Shown here in pieces: positions 36,325 to 51,500 of a DNA stretch of 64,000 nucleotides (position 1 is its first letter; the number at the start of each line of letters is the position of its first letter). Made by a program: the position numbers and the translations under genes. The DNA is from Octopus bimaculoides (Eukaryota): assembly GCF_001194135.2 (NCBI RefSeq), contig NC_068989.1:69106721-69170720 (forward strand). Reading direction: 5' to 3'. The notes under the pieces were generated by a model, which saw nothing but the letters and a program-made list of their open reading frames with translations, did not search any database and was not told the origin of the DNA.

Positions 36325-39300
36325 TCTGTACGACTCTTACTCTTTCTTTTAGCCTCCTTCACATTTTCTTCATTCTTCCCACTTTCCTTTTCTCACTCCC
36401 CCTCTCTCACATTTCTTGGCCTTTCCTTCATTCTCACTTTCCCTCCTCTTTTACCTCACTCAGTCCCTTTCCTTTCTTTTTCTCTCTTTCTCGTCCCACC
36501 CTAATTCTTCAATCCCTCTGCCCCCTACCTCTCTCCTCTCCTTCCACATGACCGGTGTTACGCCAAGCCTGACCTTTCTTTCTTGGTTCAACTACCATCC
36601 ATGTAGCATCTCTTATATTCATTCCCATGACTTCTATCTCTTATGTTTTTGCCGTAAGGCTTCACTCCCACACACGCCAGCTTAATTTGAATCGTCCTTA
36701 GTCGAAAGACACTTGTTGTTTGTATTTGTAATCATGTACCATTTCTCTGTTTTTTTCTGTCCTTGTTTTTGTATATATTTGCTTGCTTTCTTCTAAGGAG
36801 TTGAGTGCTCTTAGCTTAGATTTTCTTGGAGCAGGCCAGATTGGATACATATACATGTAAGAAAATAAAAAGTAATAATAAGGCAGAATGCTAAACTGAA
36901 AGCATATTTTAATATAGATGTGTATAAGGATGATTAAAAAGGATTTCTAACCAGCTTTCATTGCATGGCAAATTTTCAAGAAGAGGGAAAATGAAAATAA
37001 TGTTTTTTACAAAAAAATAAAAAATATATAAAAAAATAAATATACCAATACATTATATTGTCTTTGAGCTTTTAAAGTTCAATGGTAATCCATGTAGATA
37101 ATTGTTAGAAAGATTAGGATGCATGTAATTAAAATTAATGTTGTGTTTAAAAANNNNNNNNNNNNNNNNNNNNNNNNNNNNNNNNNNNNNNNNNNNNNNN
37201 NNNNNNNNNNNNNNNNNNNNNNNNNNNNNNNNNNNNNNNNNNNNNNNNNNNNNNNNNNNNNNNNNNNNNNNNNNNNNNNNNNNNNNNNNNNNNNNNNNNN
37301 NNNNNNNNNNNNNNNNNNNNNNNNNNNNNNNNNNNNNNNNNNNNNNNNNNNNNNNNNNNNNNNNNNNNNNNNNNNNNNNNNNNNNNNNNNNNNNNNNNNN
37401 NNNNNNNNNNNNNNNNNNNNNNNNNNNNNNNNNNNNNNNNNNNNNNNNNNNNNNNNNNNNNNNNNNNNNNNNNNNNNNNNNNNNNNNNNNNNNNNNNNNN
37501 NNNNNNNNNNNNNNNNNNNNNNNNNNNNNNNNNNNNNNNNNNNNNNNNNNNNNNNNNNNNNNNNNNNNNNNNNNNNNNNNNNNNNNNNNNNNNNNNNNNN
37601 NNNNNNNNNNNNNNNNNNNNNNNNNNNNNNNNNNNNNNNNNNNNNNNNNNNNNNNNNNNNNNNNNNNNNNNNNNNNNNNNNNNNNNNNNNNNNNNNNNNN
37701 NNNNNNNNNNNNNNNNNNNNNNNNNNNNNNNNNNNNNNNNNNNNNNNNNNNNNNNNNNNNNNNNNNNNNNNNNNNNNNNNNNNNNNNNNNNNNNNNNNNN
37801 NNNNNNNNNNNNNNNNNNNNNNNNNNNNNNNNNNNNNNNNNNNNAATCCCACCATTTACTTATATACATCAGGTTGGTGCAAAAGTAATGTCCGATTTCT
37901 AGAAAAAATGTTTCAGAGCGAATTTATCAATTTTTTAACCTTTTATAGATTTAAGATATTCAAAAGGAGTCTGTATTCTGTAATAAAGAGAGACTCTTTA
38001 TGAATTCAAGGATGATACAACCTGTAGCCAACAAATTAGTAGAGGGGAAAAAATTCTGAAGCTTGGATTTTTGTTATTGGTGCAAATGTCGATGAATGCA
38101 ATTTTTCTATTTTTTTAAATTTTGATCTGGGATCTGTGCAGAGCCATCCTTTGACATAGACAGTTTTTTGTTTGGCCTATGTATTTTCTCTTGGCACCCA
38201 GAGCAGGTTAGTGCGTATATCAGGTTCTCTGAAGCAGAATGTGAAGCTGCTTTTCACTGTGAAATGTTGTCCCTGTTTGAAGGAGAACTCTGATCCCTCA
38301 ACTAAATTTACACATATACCACAGTTGGGTCTTCCGTATTTCTTTACTGACGGCTTCAGTGTTGTTGTTGAGCATATTCGGGCTTGTGTTAGGAGACTTT
38401 TCATAGATTTAAACTGTCTCTTGCTTTTTATGATGGCGTGCGTTTGGAGGATTAAGTTCATTCTGTGGTCCTTTTTTAGCAGGGTTTTGAAGGATGGTGT
38501 CGAAGGCTTCATTGTTAAGAGGGTTGTGTATGGAGATGTATGGTAGGGCTTTTGGTTGTAAATGTCTGAATTCGTGGATGATGAGTAGGGCATGTTGAAA
38601 GCATATGTCAATTAGTAAAGGTGGGTAATTCTTGGTGATGAGTGTATCCTTTAGTTCATATAGTCGTGTATCTCTGGTGCTTGCATTAGAAACTATAGTA
38701 CATATCCGTTTTGCTAGGTTGAAGGGGATATTTATTCTGGTGTGTCTGGGGTGGCATGAGATGAATGATAGATATTGCTTGGAGTCCGTGGGCTTATAGT
38801 ATATATCTGTTTCTATTATGTTAGATTTCTTAATGAGGATGTTGAGGAAGGGAAGTTGCTGATGGCTATATTCCATCGTGAATTGAATGTTTACGTTAAG
38901 TCCATTTATAAGTGCTTGAAATTCTTTAAGTCTCTCTACTTTCATGCCAAAGAATGAAACAGTCATCCAGATATCTCTTCCAGTTATTTTCTATGTAGAG
39001 GGAGAATGGGCTGCCATATTTTTCTAGAACCTTACAATAAAGACTAATTTCTAGATATCCCATGACTAGGTTAGCAAAAGTTAGAGGCAGTGGGTTTCAC
39101 ATGCAGGACCTGCTATTATAGGTGTCAATTTGAGGTCATTAGGAGAAGGGGACTTTGATTATTATGTCTGTGGCTATCCTGCATGCGTTACTTATTCTCT
39201 CACTTTTGTGTGTATGTATATATATATGCGTATATATATGTGTATGTATGTATGTTTATGTGCATATGTATGTGTATATCTATGTATATATATATGTTTA

Positions 39301-39398
39301 TATAGGTGTGTGTATATATGTATGTGTGTATATATGTATGTGTGTATATATATATATATGCGTATATATATATGTGCGTATGTACATATATGTTTATG

Positions 39399-39438
<40 letters not shown>

Positions 39439-39851
39439 TATATATACACATATGCACACACTAATATAAAGGGGCTGCTTCTCTTACACAAATACCTTAT
39501 AAGACGCTTCTAGTAAAATGGCAAAATAGAAGCAAAGCAAAACAAGGTTCCTGGTTTCTCTGGGAAAGTAGTAACTTTCTAGCAAAACTGATCTGGTTTA
39601 TGATGTCCTGTTCCATGCATGGTAAAATGGATGTGTGAATAATTATGATGATGACAATGATACTTACCTCTGTTCTGCAGCAGGTTTTGGAGATGGAGAT
39701 TTAGGCTCTAAAGTATCTGGATCTATTTCCTCTTCATTTTCTGTCACCCAACTACAATCACTGATGTTATCGTCGTCATCATCATCATCTTCAGAAGATT
39801 CATCAGAACTGATTTCACTCAGCTGACAAAACCAAATAACACAAATTAACA

Positions 39852-39893
<42 letters not shown>

Positions 39894-42800
39894 CAAAAAT
39901 TGTGAAAAACAACAAACAGGATTATTCTTCATTTTTACACTATTTTTTTCCCCATCCTAGTAATGGAAAAACAAACATTGAGCAATTTGTTTTACAGTCA
40001 GATGTCCTTCCTGTTGCTAACCCTTACCTGTTTCTCAGATACGGAGGCACATCTTCAAAGGCACAAAATCAGAAGACGAATTGTTGACAGGAAAATGACC
40101 ATATCACCACTTGCAGTTTAGCAGCTTTCAGACAAGCATAATGTAAACAAAATCATATGCACACACACGAAGAGCTTCTTTCTACTAAATCTACTAACAA
40201 AGATTAGGTTGGCCTGAGGCTACAAAAGACTCTTATCCAAAATATTGTGGTGTGAGATTGAACCTGAAACCACATGGTTGGGAAATGAACTTCTTCACCT
40301 TACAGTCATGCCTGCACCTTTACCTCAACTAAATATTTATACAAGGAAATTTGGTTAGAACCTCAAGATATTCTGAACTCAAAAGCATCATTTTACACAC
40401 ACACAAGACTGCTAAAACCTTTCACTTAAAAAGAAAATCAAAATTCAACTCCAATCCCTATTAATTATTTAATAAATAGAGTTTTAATAATAAATAAGGC
40501 TTCAATATCAAAAAAACTCATTTTCCAAAGAGACAAGAAAACTGCTGCATTAAAATGTTTAAAGTACTTACAGCTACTGTATTCATTGTGCTCTCAGAAG
40601 ACAATTTGAATCATCATCATCATTTAGTGTGCAATTACCATGCTGGCATCGTTTCTACAGCTGGATGCCCTTCCTAATGCCAACTACACCAAGAGTGTAG
40701 AGGATGCCTTTTACATGTCACTAACATGAATCCCTTTTATGCGTTACCATCATGGGTGCCAGTTAGTGACAACTGAACAGGTGCGTTTTATGTGTCACTG
40801 GCACAGGTCCTTTTAAGTGTCACCAACACAGGTGCCTCTTACATGTCACTGGCACTGTCCACGACTACGATTTCACTTGGCCTGAAGAGTCTTCTCATGC
40901 TCAGCAAACTTCCAATAGTCTTCATCATCTGTCATCGTCTCCATGAGACCCAACATCTAAAGATCATGCTTCACAACCTCATCCCATGTTTTCCTGGGTC
41001 TATTTCTTTGACAGCTGTCCTCATCCATGCACATCACATGACCAAACCAGCACAGTATTCTCTCTTGCACACATCTGATGCTTCTTAGGCTCAATTTTTC
41101 TCTCAAGACACTTACACTGTTGTACATGCACATCCAGTGAAGCATACTAGCTTTGTTTTTTTTTCAAGCTTCCCCATGTCTTCTGCAGTCACAGTCCATT
41201 TTTCACTGCTTTGTAGAATGCTGTGTAGCATAGCACACATGCATCTCAAGGGCCTTTGAGTCATAGGTCTACTTGATCAAGACTAACCTGGGGCTAAACA
41301 ACAATTATAAACGAAAGAACATGAAAACTAACCTCATCTCCAACAATAAAAAGCTCTTGTGGGTAGCAGCAAGAAACTTTACTACTTGGCCATTTGATTA
41401 GAACAAACCCCTGAGGATCCAGCTGATATACCTGACCAGCAGCTTCCACATCACCATTGCTGTTCTCCTATAAATAAGAAAAAAGGATAAAGATTAAAAA
41501 AAAATAAACAGCCACTTGGGTCATTATATTTCACCCTCAATGCACTCATTTTCAAGATATTCTCCTAAACGTTCTGTTATGAAGTATTTTTGAAGCAGTC
41601 ACAGCATCATCTTTAATCGTATTTGTTTCAGTCACCAGATTGCAGCCATGCTGGGACTCTGTCTTGATAAATTATAGTCAAAAAATTTACTCCAGTGTTT
41701 ATCATTTTCTATAAAACCTGACACTTAATCTATCAGTCTCAATCGTCAAACTTCTAGGTTACAAGAATGTAAACACACCAACAACAGTTGTCAAGGACAA
41801 ACACACACAGATTATATATATTTATATACACATTTATATATATACTAGCAGAAGTGCTCGTCGTTGCTCAGGGCTGAATTGCTTTAAAGTACTGTTAATG
41901 AGGTTGGGAAGCAAACTTCTTACCACACAAACAAACCTATGGCCTATTCATAATATTCACAAAACAAGATGTAATGGGTGTCTTGAGGAAATTTCGAACA
42001 CTGGGTTCTCATTCCTAAGGTATTTTTCGATATTATTATTAATATTATTATTATTAACAACAAACAAGATGAGGACAAATATCTGTCAAATGTAAATAAT
42101 GTACATAATTCCTGATCTCTTAAATATAGAACAACATGTAATAGGGTTTAAACTTCATCACAATATGTTTCACATTCTAAATAACAAGAAACATTCTAAT
42201 TTAACACTGCTCAACTAAAACTAGGTACCATTTTCCTGTTTGAAGCAAAGAATATAAATCACTTCCATTAAATAAAAGGTTCAAGAAAGAAATGCCATAA
42301 GATTTGTACAAAAAGTAAAGTTTCTCCTTTTAAGTGCAAATAATATTTGTTTATGAAGCATCAACAGTTGGAAACTACAGCATTTCTAATCCAATCTTAG
42401 TTATACAATAATAAGACAATTATAATTAGGATTAGGAAGGGTATCCAGATATAGAAACTGTACCAAAACGGACAATTGGAGCCTGGACAGCTCCTGTCAA
42501 GCCGTCCAATCCATGCCAGTATGGAAAACGGACATTAAACAATGATGATGAATAAGACAACAATTGATAAACTGCTTACCTCTGCACCATCAACTCTGAT
42601 AACTGCATACCCTGGCCGGTACTTGTAATAAGGATGGTCTTTAATGTCATACACACTCACTTCACTTTTTAGCGATATTTCTTCAGGTCTGACAAAGAAA
42701 AAGAAAATAATCGTAAAGCAATACATGAAAACAAAATCAAGTTAAAAAATTTCACATAAATAAGCAAATCTATTTCCATATACACTCCACACCTATTCAA

Positions 42801-43010
42801 TGACTCTGAAGAAAGATTCCCAATGCTGTCCCTGAGGGAATACAAAACTTCAAGGAAGGAAGAAGTGGCTAAATGGTGGTTGTGATATCTATGACAATCT
42901 GTAAGGAATTTCATATCATGTAAATGATACAAAATATTATAATTGGAAATGAAAAATTTGTTGTTGGCTTGAATTGGAAACTGAAAAACACTTCAATAAA
43001 TTATTTTCAG

Positions 43011-43045
<35 letters not shown>

Positions 43046-46000
43046 GTGGAAGAGACCCTAATTCAGTTATTCTGTTGGATTTAGTCAAAGGACTATGGTC
43101 AAGCTAGAGTAACCCCTTATTGCTTTAAATGTATTAGCTAATCCCAGTGGTTTATCTGGTTACCGACCTCATAAAACACACACACAATAGGCAAGTCATC
43201 CTTGCCAGAAGGGAGATAACATGGTCTAACCCAAATACAAGATTTTTCCTTTTGTGATGACTGCACAAATTTGGTTTACCCACACACACACACACACACA
43301 ACTGACAGGCTTCCAGTTCCATTGTACCAAATTTTACTTAAGGCAGATGAACAGTGAGACTGAACCCAGATTCAGGAGGTTGCAAAGCCAACATCTTATC
43401 CACACAGCCATACTTGTCTATGTAACAACAGTTGGATACAACAAACACAAACTTAACAAAAACAAAGACAAATGAAAACAAAACTGTTTGGAAAGGCTTT
43501 TAAATGCCAGCCCAAAGGACTCAAACCGACATGAAGGTCAATTTAATTTTAAAAAATAATAATGGTGCAGGCCTGGCTGTGTGGCAAGAAGCTTGCTTCC
43601 AAACCACATGGTTCCAGATCCAGTCCTATTGCATGGCACCTTGAGCAAGTGTCTTCAACTATAGCCTCAGGCTGACCAAAGCCTTGTGAGTGGATTTGGT
43701 GAACAAACTGAAAGAAGCTCCTCATGTATGTATGCATGTATGTATGTATGTGTGTGTGTATATGTATGTGTATACATAAAAGATACCATTTCGAGCGTGG
43801 CCATTTTCGTGCGGGTGACACGTAAAAGCACCCACTACACTCTCTGAGTGGTTGGCGTTAGGAAGGGCATCCAGCTGTAGAAACTCTGCCAAATTAGATT
43901 GGAGCCTGGTGTTGCCATCCGGTTTCACCAGTCCTCAGTCAAATCGTCCAACCCATGCTAGCATGGAAAGCGGACGTTAAACGATGATGATGATGATATA
44001 TGTATAGATATGCGTGTGTCTGGGTGTGTGCATGTATGTATATCTGTGTTTGTCCCCCCATTACCACTTGACAACTGATGTTGGTGTGTTTACATCCTCG
44101 TAACTTAGCAGTTCAGCAAAAGAGACAGAATAAGTACTAGGTAGTGCTCCAGCATGGCTGCAATCAAATGACTGAAACAAGTGAAAGAATAAATAAAAGC
44201 AGCTCTCGCGTTTTTGAGCATATTACATTTTACAATATTTATAGCAGTTGTTAACACTAGGCCATTGAACAAGGGTTAATAAGGGTATTTAACTGATTTG
44301 CTTCTCAAAACTAACCTATTAGATTTCCCAGCGTCATAAACTTTCATCCATTTTACCAAACAGGTCCTTTCGGCATGATTGCAACTATAAACCACCCCAT
44401 AGATATTACTGGTAGCAGAATCTGAAAAAAAGTCACAAATCACATAAAAAATTTGGTTCCTAACATATGAAGTAGGAGCATATTCGATAGTTAACTGTAA
44501 ACATGAAGTCTGGGTCTGGCAACTATAAAATGTGGACAAAACCTTATTTTCAACAAGTCATGAATTAAAGAATTTAACCAGCAATAAATTTCTTTCCTTG
44601 CAAATTCAAATATTAGACGAGTCACTTCACTGAAGACATTGAATAAAGATGCTGAAACAATTATCAAAAAATACGTTAAGCCAAAAAACATTTTTGAGAG
44701 AGAAAGAGGGAAGAGAAAGAAAGAAAGAGAGAGAGAGAGAAAGAGAGCAAGAGAAAGAAAGCTTACCCTTTGCATCCAAAACATAATCTCCAGGAAAAAA
44801 TTCTAATTCATCTAAATGGTGAATAGGAAATAATTCTGGAGATGGTATCCCTATTTCTATTGAACCATCCTATAGAAAAACAATTTAGAACACTTTACTA
44901 AAAAAAATTTTGGTGTTTTTTTTGTTCATGATTACAAAAAAACAAAACACAAATTATTGATCATTAATTGCTGTCAACATATTTTAGTAACAATAGTAAA
45001 ACAGTACAAACTTCAAGCTTATATTATTACTGTTTAACCCTTTAGTTACCATATTTCTATTGAAATGTAGTGTCTTTGTTTCATTATTAATCTGGTATTT
45101 GGAACATAAATTAACATGGAATTTTGAGGGAAGGTTTTAACTTAAATCACTTTAAAACAAAGATTATATCATTGACTCAGAGGCAGCCTAAGGTATGTCG
45201 GTATCATAAAGGTTAAACAGATTAAGGATTCTGATGAGTTCCATTTCTGTGTTGCTAACATCACTTCTCATACATGAAGTAGCAACAGTTTATGCAGAAA
45301 AGTTGACTAGCTAATACCAAAGCCTAGTAAAATATTTATTGAGCAGCTACTTTAACTTTTAACCCTTTTGATACCAACCCACCTGAGACTGCTCTTGGAT
45401 CTATGATACAACTTTGTTTCAAAGTGATCTAAATTTAAACCATCAAAATTTCATGTTATGTTTCAAACACTAAATTTTCGTTTTACTAAATTCTTTTTTT
45501 AATTTTTACTAAATTCTTCATTATTTTTGTTTTACTAAATTTTTCATTATTTTCAAAATTAATTAAAACAAAGGTAATTAGTTTCATGGGTTAAATTAAT
45601 TATTAAAAGAAAAATTCTTATATTATAAAAATTTAGTGTAAGGTAATGAGAAAAAATTCTTCTTTTACAGTTAAATGTCACTACAAAAGTTTCCACCGAA
45701 GCTTAATTCTAATAAAAAACAAAATTACAAGCTTGGAAACTGTAAAAATGTATTTTTATTAATATTACAGTAAAAAACAGCTGACCCATATCATAGGAGC
45801 TGAATAGTAAGTCAGAATACAACAACAACATATCTTCAAATAAAATTTTCATCGTGAAATTAGAAACAAAATATTAAGTCAAATGCTCAAAAACAAAAAA
45901 AAGATAATTCCAAAGGGAAATTTAGTAACTAAAACAGGTTTTAAAATATTTTGTATTCAGAAAATACATCAGGTGTTTCTATTGTTATTGCAAACTACTT

Positions 46001-48509
46001 TCAGAGCATCATCAGAAACTTCACCATCTTTCAATGTTGGCATAAAATTCAGGGCATTTAGGCTAGCTCTCTATTTTGCAGATAACTACCACCCAACACA
46101 AACACTTCTGCCTGACTTCTGCCTGTCTCAGAGGTATTAAAAAAGATTATGGCTTCTACTCTTTTCTTCTGAATAAGTAAGCTGCAGACATGGTTGTATA
46201 GTTATGAAGCTTGTTTCACAGCCATGTAGTTTCAGGTTCAGTGTAACAGTGCAGTATCTTGTGGAAATGTCTTCTACTATAAACCAGGGGCAAATAAAGC
46301 CTTGTGAGTGAATTTGATAGACAAGATTCACTATCATACAAGCAAAGCTGTGGAACTGAACCCAAAACCTTGTGGTTGGGAAGCAAATTTCAATGATTTT
46401 GGGAAGAAAAAATAATATACATAAACAGGTGCAGGTGTGGCAAGAAGCTTCCTTCTTAACCAAATGATTCCGGGTTCATTCCCACTGCACCTTGGGCAAA
46501 TGTCTTCTACTATAGCCTCAGGCCAACCAAAGCCTTGTGAGTGGATGTGGTAGACGGAAACTGAAAGAAACCTGTTTTTTGTGTGTGTGTGTGTGTATGT
46601 GTGTGTGTATACAGAGTGCGATGAATAAACTGTCATCTAAATTATGCAAAAATGAAAATAACACTGACATCTCATTTTAACAGGTATATTTACCAAAATT
46701 ACATAAAAATAGCTTGAAATACTAAAGAGTAAATTTATTCAATAAAATCACCATTGGCTTCAACCATGGCCTCTAGACGACATCGGAATCTCCTGCAACT
46801 CTTCTGGATGGTCTCCTTCTTTAAGTTGGTCGATGCTGCCATAATCCCTGCCAGCAATTCATCTTTGGTGTTACAAGTTTTGCTGGTATCTCACTCAACT
46901 GTGCCCCCACACATAATAATCAAGAGGGTTTGCAGTCTGGGGAGTTAGGTGGCCAGATGTTAGGGGTGATGTGGTCACAGAAATTGTCTGACAGCCATGA
47001 CTGGGTTCTACTTGTGTGGCATTGCACAGAATCCTGTTGCCAGACATAGGGTCTTGCAGCAGCCACCCTCTTGATCCAAGGCAGCACTACCTCCTCCAGG
47101 CACTTGATGTAGGCCTATGTGTTGAGTCTGAGGTCATGTGGGAAGATGAATGGAAGTATAACATTGCCATCACTAGTAGTCACTCCAAACACCATTATGT
47201 TGACTGGATGTTTGATTTTTATCACTCTTGGTACATGTCCTCAGACTAACACCCAAACACTCTGAAATGTTCGTATTGGAGCTTCCAACACAAATGCCAA
47301 GCAGAACAACACGTCATTTCCAAATTTTTGGCAGAATGAATTGCATCATGGTGCTGCTTTCCTCAAAGACGGTGCCCAACTGATCCTACTAAATACTGTG
47401 TAGTCAACAAAATCAAAAACAAACAATGCACGAAATTAAAAATATAAAATGGCAACAATTTATCCATTGCACTCTGTGTGTGTTTGTGTGTTTATGCTTG
47501 TACCCACCATAACTTGACAACCAATGCTGGTGCATTAAGTACTAGGCTTACAAAGAATAAGTCATGGGGTCGATTTCTTTGACTAAAAAACCCTTTAAGG
47601 CAGTGCTCCAGCATGGATGCAGTCAAATGACTAAAAAAGTAAAAGAATACATATATATATAGTACAAAAACAAAACAAAAAAAATTACCTGCCAGACAAC
47701 ATTAACTAGAGAAAAAGTGTAACAGACTTCTACAGGTATTTTTTCCCCAGGTTTCAACTCCCTTTCAGGTAAAATTAATTTCTGACGGGCCTTTCTCCCT
47801 CGCACTCTCTTCATAAGACGGGTCTTCAGTGCAGGACCATGCTGAAAAGCTCTCTTCCTGCGTAGCGAAGAACTAGAAGCATTCGAGTGTCCAGATGCAG
47901 AAGCTTTATCAGATTCCTCCTCGTCTTCTAGTTCCTCGTATTCTTCAAGATTCTCAATTTCATCAATGCTTGTCACACACACATTATCACTGACTTCAGG
48001 TACACACTGGTCGTTGGCATCAGGTGTCACTGTTGACTCGTTCTCATGATTTCCATCTTTTGCCTTCTTCATATTATTTGGTGTAAAGCCATTGACTAGG
48101 CTGTTCTTACAAGCATCCCCTCCATTTTGTAAGTTGGGGGGGTTGTGATATTTTGGTTGGCTGTTTAGTACAACATCACTCTCCTTGATTGTATAGTAAC
48201 ATTTGTCTCCAATTTGAATAGAGCTGTGGTGAAACCAATCTAATTTCTGCATTCTAAAAAATAAAACAAAACCAATTTAAATTACATTAAACATTTAATT
48301 GCTGCAAAGGAACCCAACATTTATTAGCGTGAAATAAAGAAATAACACAAGTTAAATAATGTAAACAGAGCTTGAGCTTTGTCACCACATGGTTTCAGGT
48401 TCAATCTCACAGTACAACATGTTGGGTGAGTGTCTTCTACAATTCTACAATAGCCCCAGGCCAACCATAGCTTGAGGGAATTAGGTGGATGAAAACTGTA
48501 CGGAAGCCC

Positions 48510-48583
<74 letters not shown>

Positions 48584-51500
48584 TGCGTGCGCGTGTGCCT
48601 CCATTTGTCCTCACACTCTACACTATCGCTTGACAACTGTTTGTTTGTTTGCATCCACATAATTCAACAAGGCAAGAACAGATTTGTTCTCATAGAGATG
48701 ATACAGGCTGTATATTATAATGGCCTTTAAACCTGGACTGCTTGTACTAAATTTTATTCAAATGTATTTTGCACACGAGAAAACAAAAGCTCACAAATGT
48801 TACTGTAGCCACTGTGCCTGTTCCATGCAAATTCCTAACATTAGATGCACAACTGACTGCTAACCTTCACATCTCCAACTAACTGCACAGCCATTTGTGG
48901 TAACACACAATCCTTATTATTTATTGATCAACACCAAAACTTTTTTTCCCAAAGTCCTTCAACTTGAAAAAGAATTAAGTCAACAGCGAAGAAAGGATTA
49001 ACTCTTTAAAACTGTTCTTAAGACTTCATTTTTATTTTATATCACATCAGAAGAACAGTAGCACTATTGGTTTCAAGTTTCCAATAGGCTTAATCACAGT
49101 GACAAAGGAGTGAATGTAGCTCAGTGAAGAGTAAATATCACAAAGAACTTCATTCAAAGAATACTAGATTTTAAAAATGCCTCTTGGCTGTATTTTACAT
49201 CCAATGCTGGAGAAAAATGGTATGTGTGAATGTGTCAAGGTGTCACACTGGAATTCAACCTAAACAACAAAACTGTAAAGCAAACTTCTTATACCGCATG
49301 GCTATGCTTGGCCCGAAGCAGTCAAACATTGTAATGCAGAAGATACAGTTGCATCAAATAAAGGTCATATCATCATCTTCATTTAATGTCTGTATTCTAT
49401 ACTGGCATAGGTTGAACAGTTTGACAGAATTCAAGGAACCAGAAGACTGCATTGAACTCTTTATAGCAGCTTTGGCATGATTGCTACAGCTGGATGCCCA
49501 TCCTAATACCAACCACTTTACAGAGTGTACAGGGTACCTTTTTACATAGCACCAACATTAATAAGGTTACCCAGTAACTCACAAGACAAGACCCTCCATG
49601 ACAGAGTAGGGGATGCAGTATTGAGGGAGATGACTTTGTGTCAGGTGTTCAGAGGTTAAAGTATGTTAGAGGGACAGGAACAGTGGTCTTGTTGCAGAAG
49701 AAATACAAAATACATGGCTACTTCAGAAGGAAAGGGAGAAAGGATGGTAGAGATGAGGTGTCAGGGTGTGCTCTTGAAGTACAAGAAGGTGGGTATAAAA
49801 GAGAACAGGGACAGAGAATTGAGGATGACAGAGTGTTTATGAGAATGCTAAAGGAAATTGACAAACAGAGATGAAGATAGAAGTGAATGGTAAATAAGGA
49901 TGGAGGTATAGACAACAGTGAATCTCAGTTAGGGAGAAGGTAAGGAAAATAGGAGTAGGTCAGGGAGGAGCAATCACATAACAGTAAAACAGTAGATAGG
50001 TAAAAAATGAGGAGATGATGAGAAGTCTGGAGAGAGAGAGAGAGTGACAGAAATGGAGGTCAAAAGCACATAAGGGTAGATATAGTGAATGACTAAATGA
50101 AAAGTAAGAACTGATCAAGCAATTAACATGAATAGATTAATTTTAGATTTTTTTTTTCTTTTTTTTTTTCATTTTTTTTATTGCACTGCTCAACTAAATC
50201 ACCATTTCCTATTTCAGCAAACAATACAAGATATTACTAATAGTTTAAACAAATCAAATGCCTAAAAATCTGTCTTTAATTTTCAATTAGTTTTATCTTT
50301 ATCATAACTTTGGGAACAGAAATTATTTTATAGAAAGAGGGAAAAAATAAAACATTATGATTGATGGACAATTTTCTGTTCTTATAAAGAGTAGCAAAGC
50401 ATTTTCAAGGTTAAATTCAGATAAGTTAAAAGAAAAAAGAAAAGATTGTTATGGTGAATATTGTTACCTTTTTATATCGTCTTTCTTAACAATAAATGGT
50501 GGTGCTTCAACATTGGAACCATTTTTAAACCCACAACAAGACCAATGCACTTCAACGTCTTTGGTTTTCACCTGAAAATAATAATCTATTTATTGACAAT
50601 AAACTATGACTATAGATTCATGTTCAAAATATAACTTATATTTCTTTTGTTAAAAAAATGACCAAATTAGTTCAAAATACTTCAAAGAGAATATATACTA
50701 TTTCTACCAGCACTAAATGATTATATATGGCTTCATCATGATTTCACCCCATGATAATGTTTTTTTTTTTTTTTAATCAAACAACTAAGTTGCATTGACA
50801 GTAATCATCTCAGCTGAGATCAGCAATTAGTGCACAACAATGGTTCAGCATATATTTACATCAACTGCTTTAACCAGTTTACAGCAGTGATTCATTCAGT
50901 TCCCTGTGCACAGTAATGGTAAACACACCGACTGAGGTCAGTTCTCAGTGCGAGATAATGTTCAGTATATATTTATGTCGACCGCTTTTGTGCAAGAACT
51001 CTTTATTTACCCAAACTATATCCCTGTGCATGATGCTCCTGTGATATTTTTCCTGAATCAGATCACTCAACAGCACAAGTCAGATCAACTTCATGTATTT
51101 ACAATCATGTGAATTCAAAACTTCACTTTAGTTTGGTAGAGTTCAAAGCAGGGTACCACACACAGTGGCATATCACACTGTGAACAATGGCATCTAGTTT
51201 CCTCATTTCCTTTTAATTTATACACTATGCATCTCTGAAACATTTGTCTTCTTGGTAGTGGAGGGAAACAGTTGTGGAAAATGTCCATGTCCCTTCACCA
51301 TGCAGTGTGGGGATGTCCACACATTCTGTACTTTGGCAAATCTGATGCTTCTATCATTTCTCGGAACAACAGATTCATACCTTGGAAGAGTACTTCTTTA
51401 CTTATTCACCCCTGAAAGGATGAAGGGAAAAGCTGACCTCTACCAAATTTGATCTCAGACTACTAATAATCAAGACAAATACCACAAAGTATTCAATCTG

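Noticed and set aside
39130-39513. C/V/Y/I- or H/T-rich ORFs (also 17316-17591 and 48324-48730)
   Set aside because: Translations of (TA)n/(TG)n microsatellites.
45985-46025. Minus-strand CTGATGA...GAAA hammerhead-like string
   Set aside because: No formable stem II or stem I; at best a fully decayed relic.
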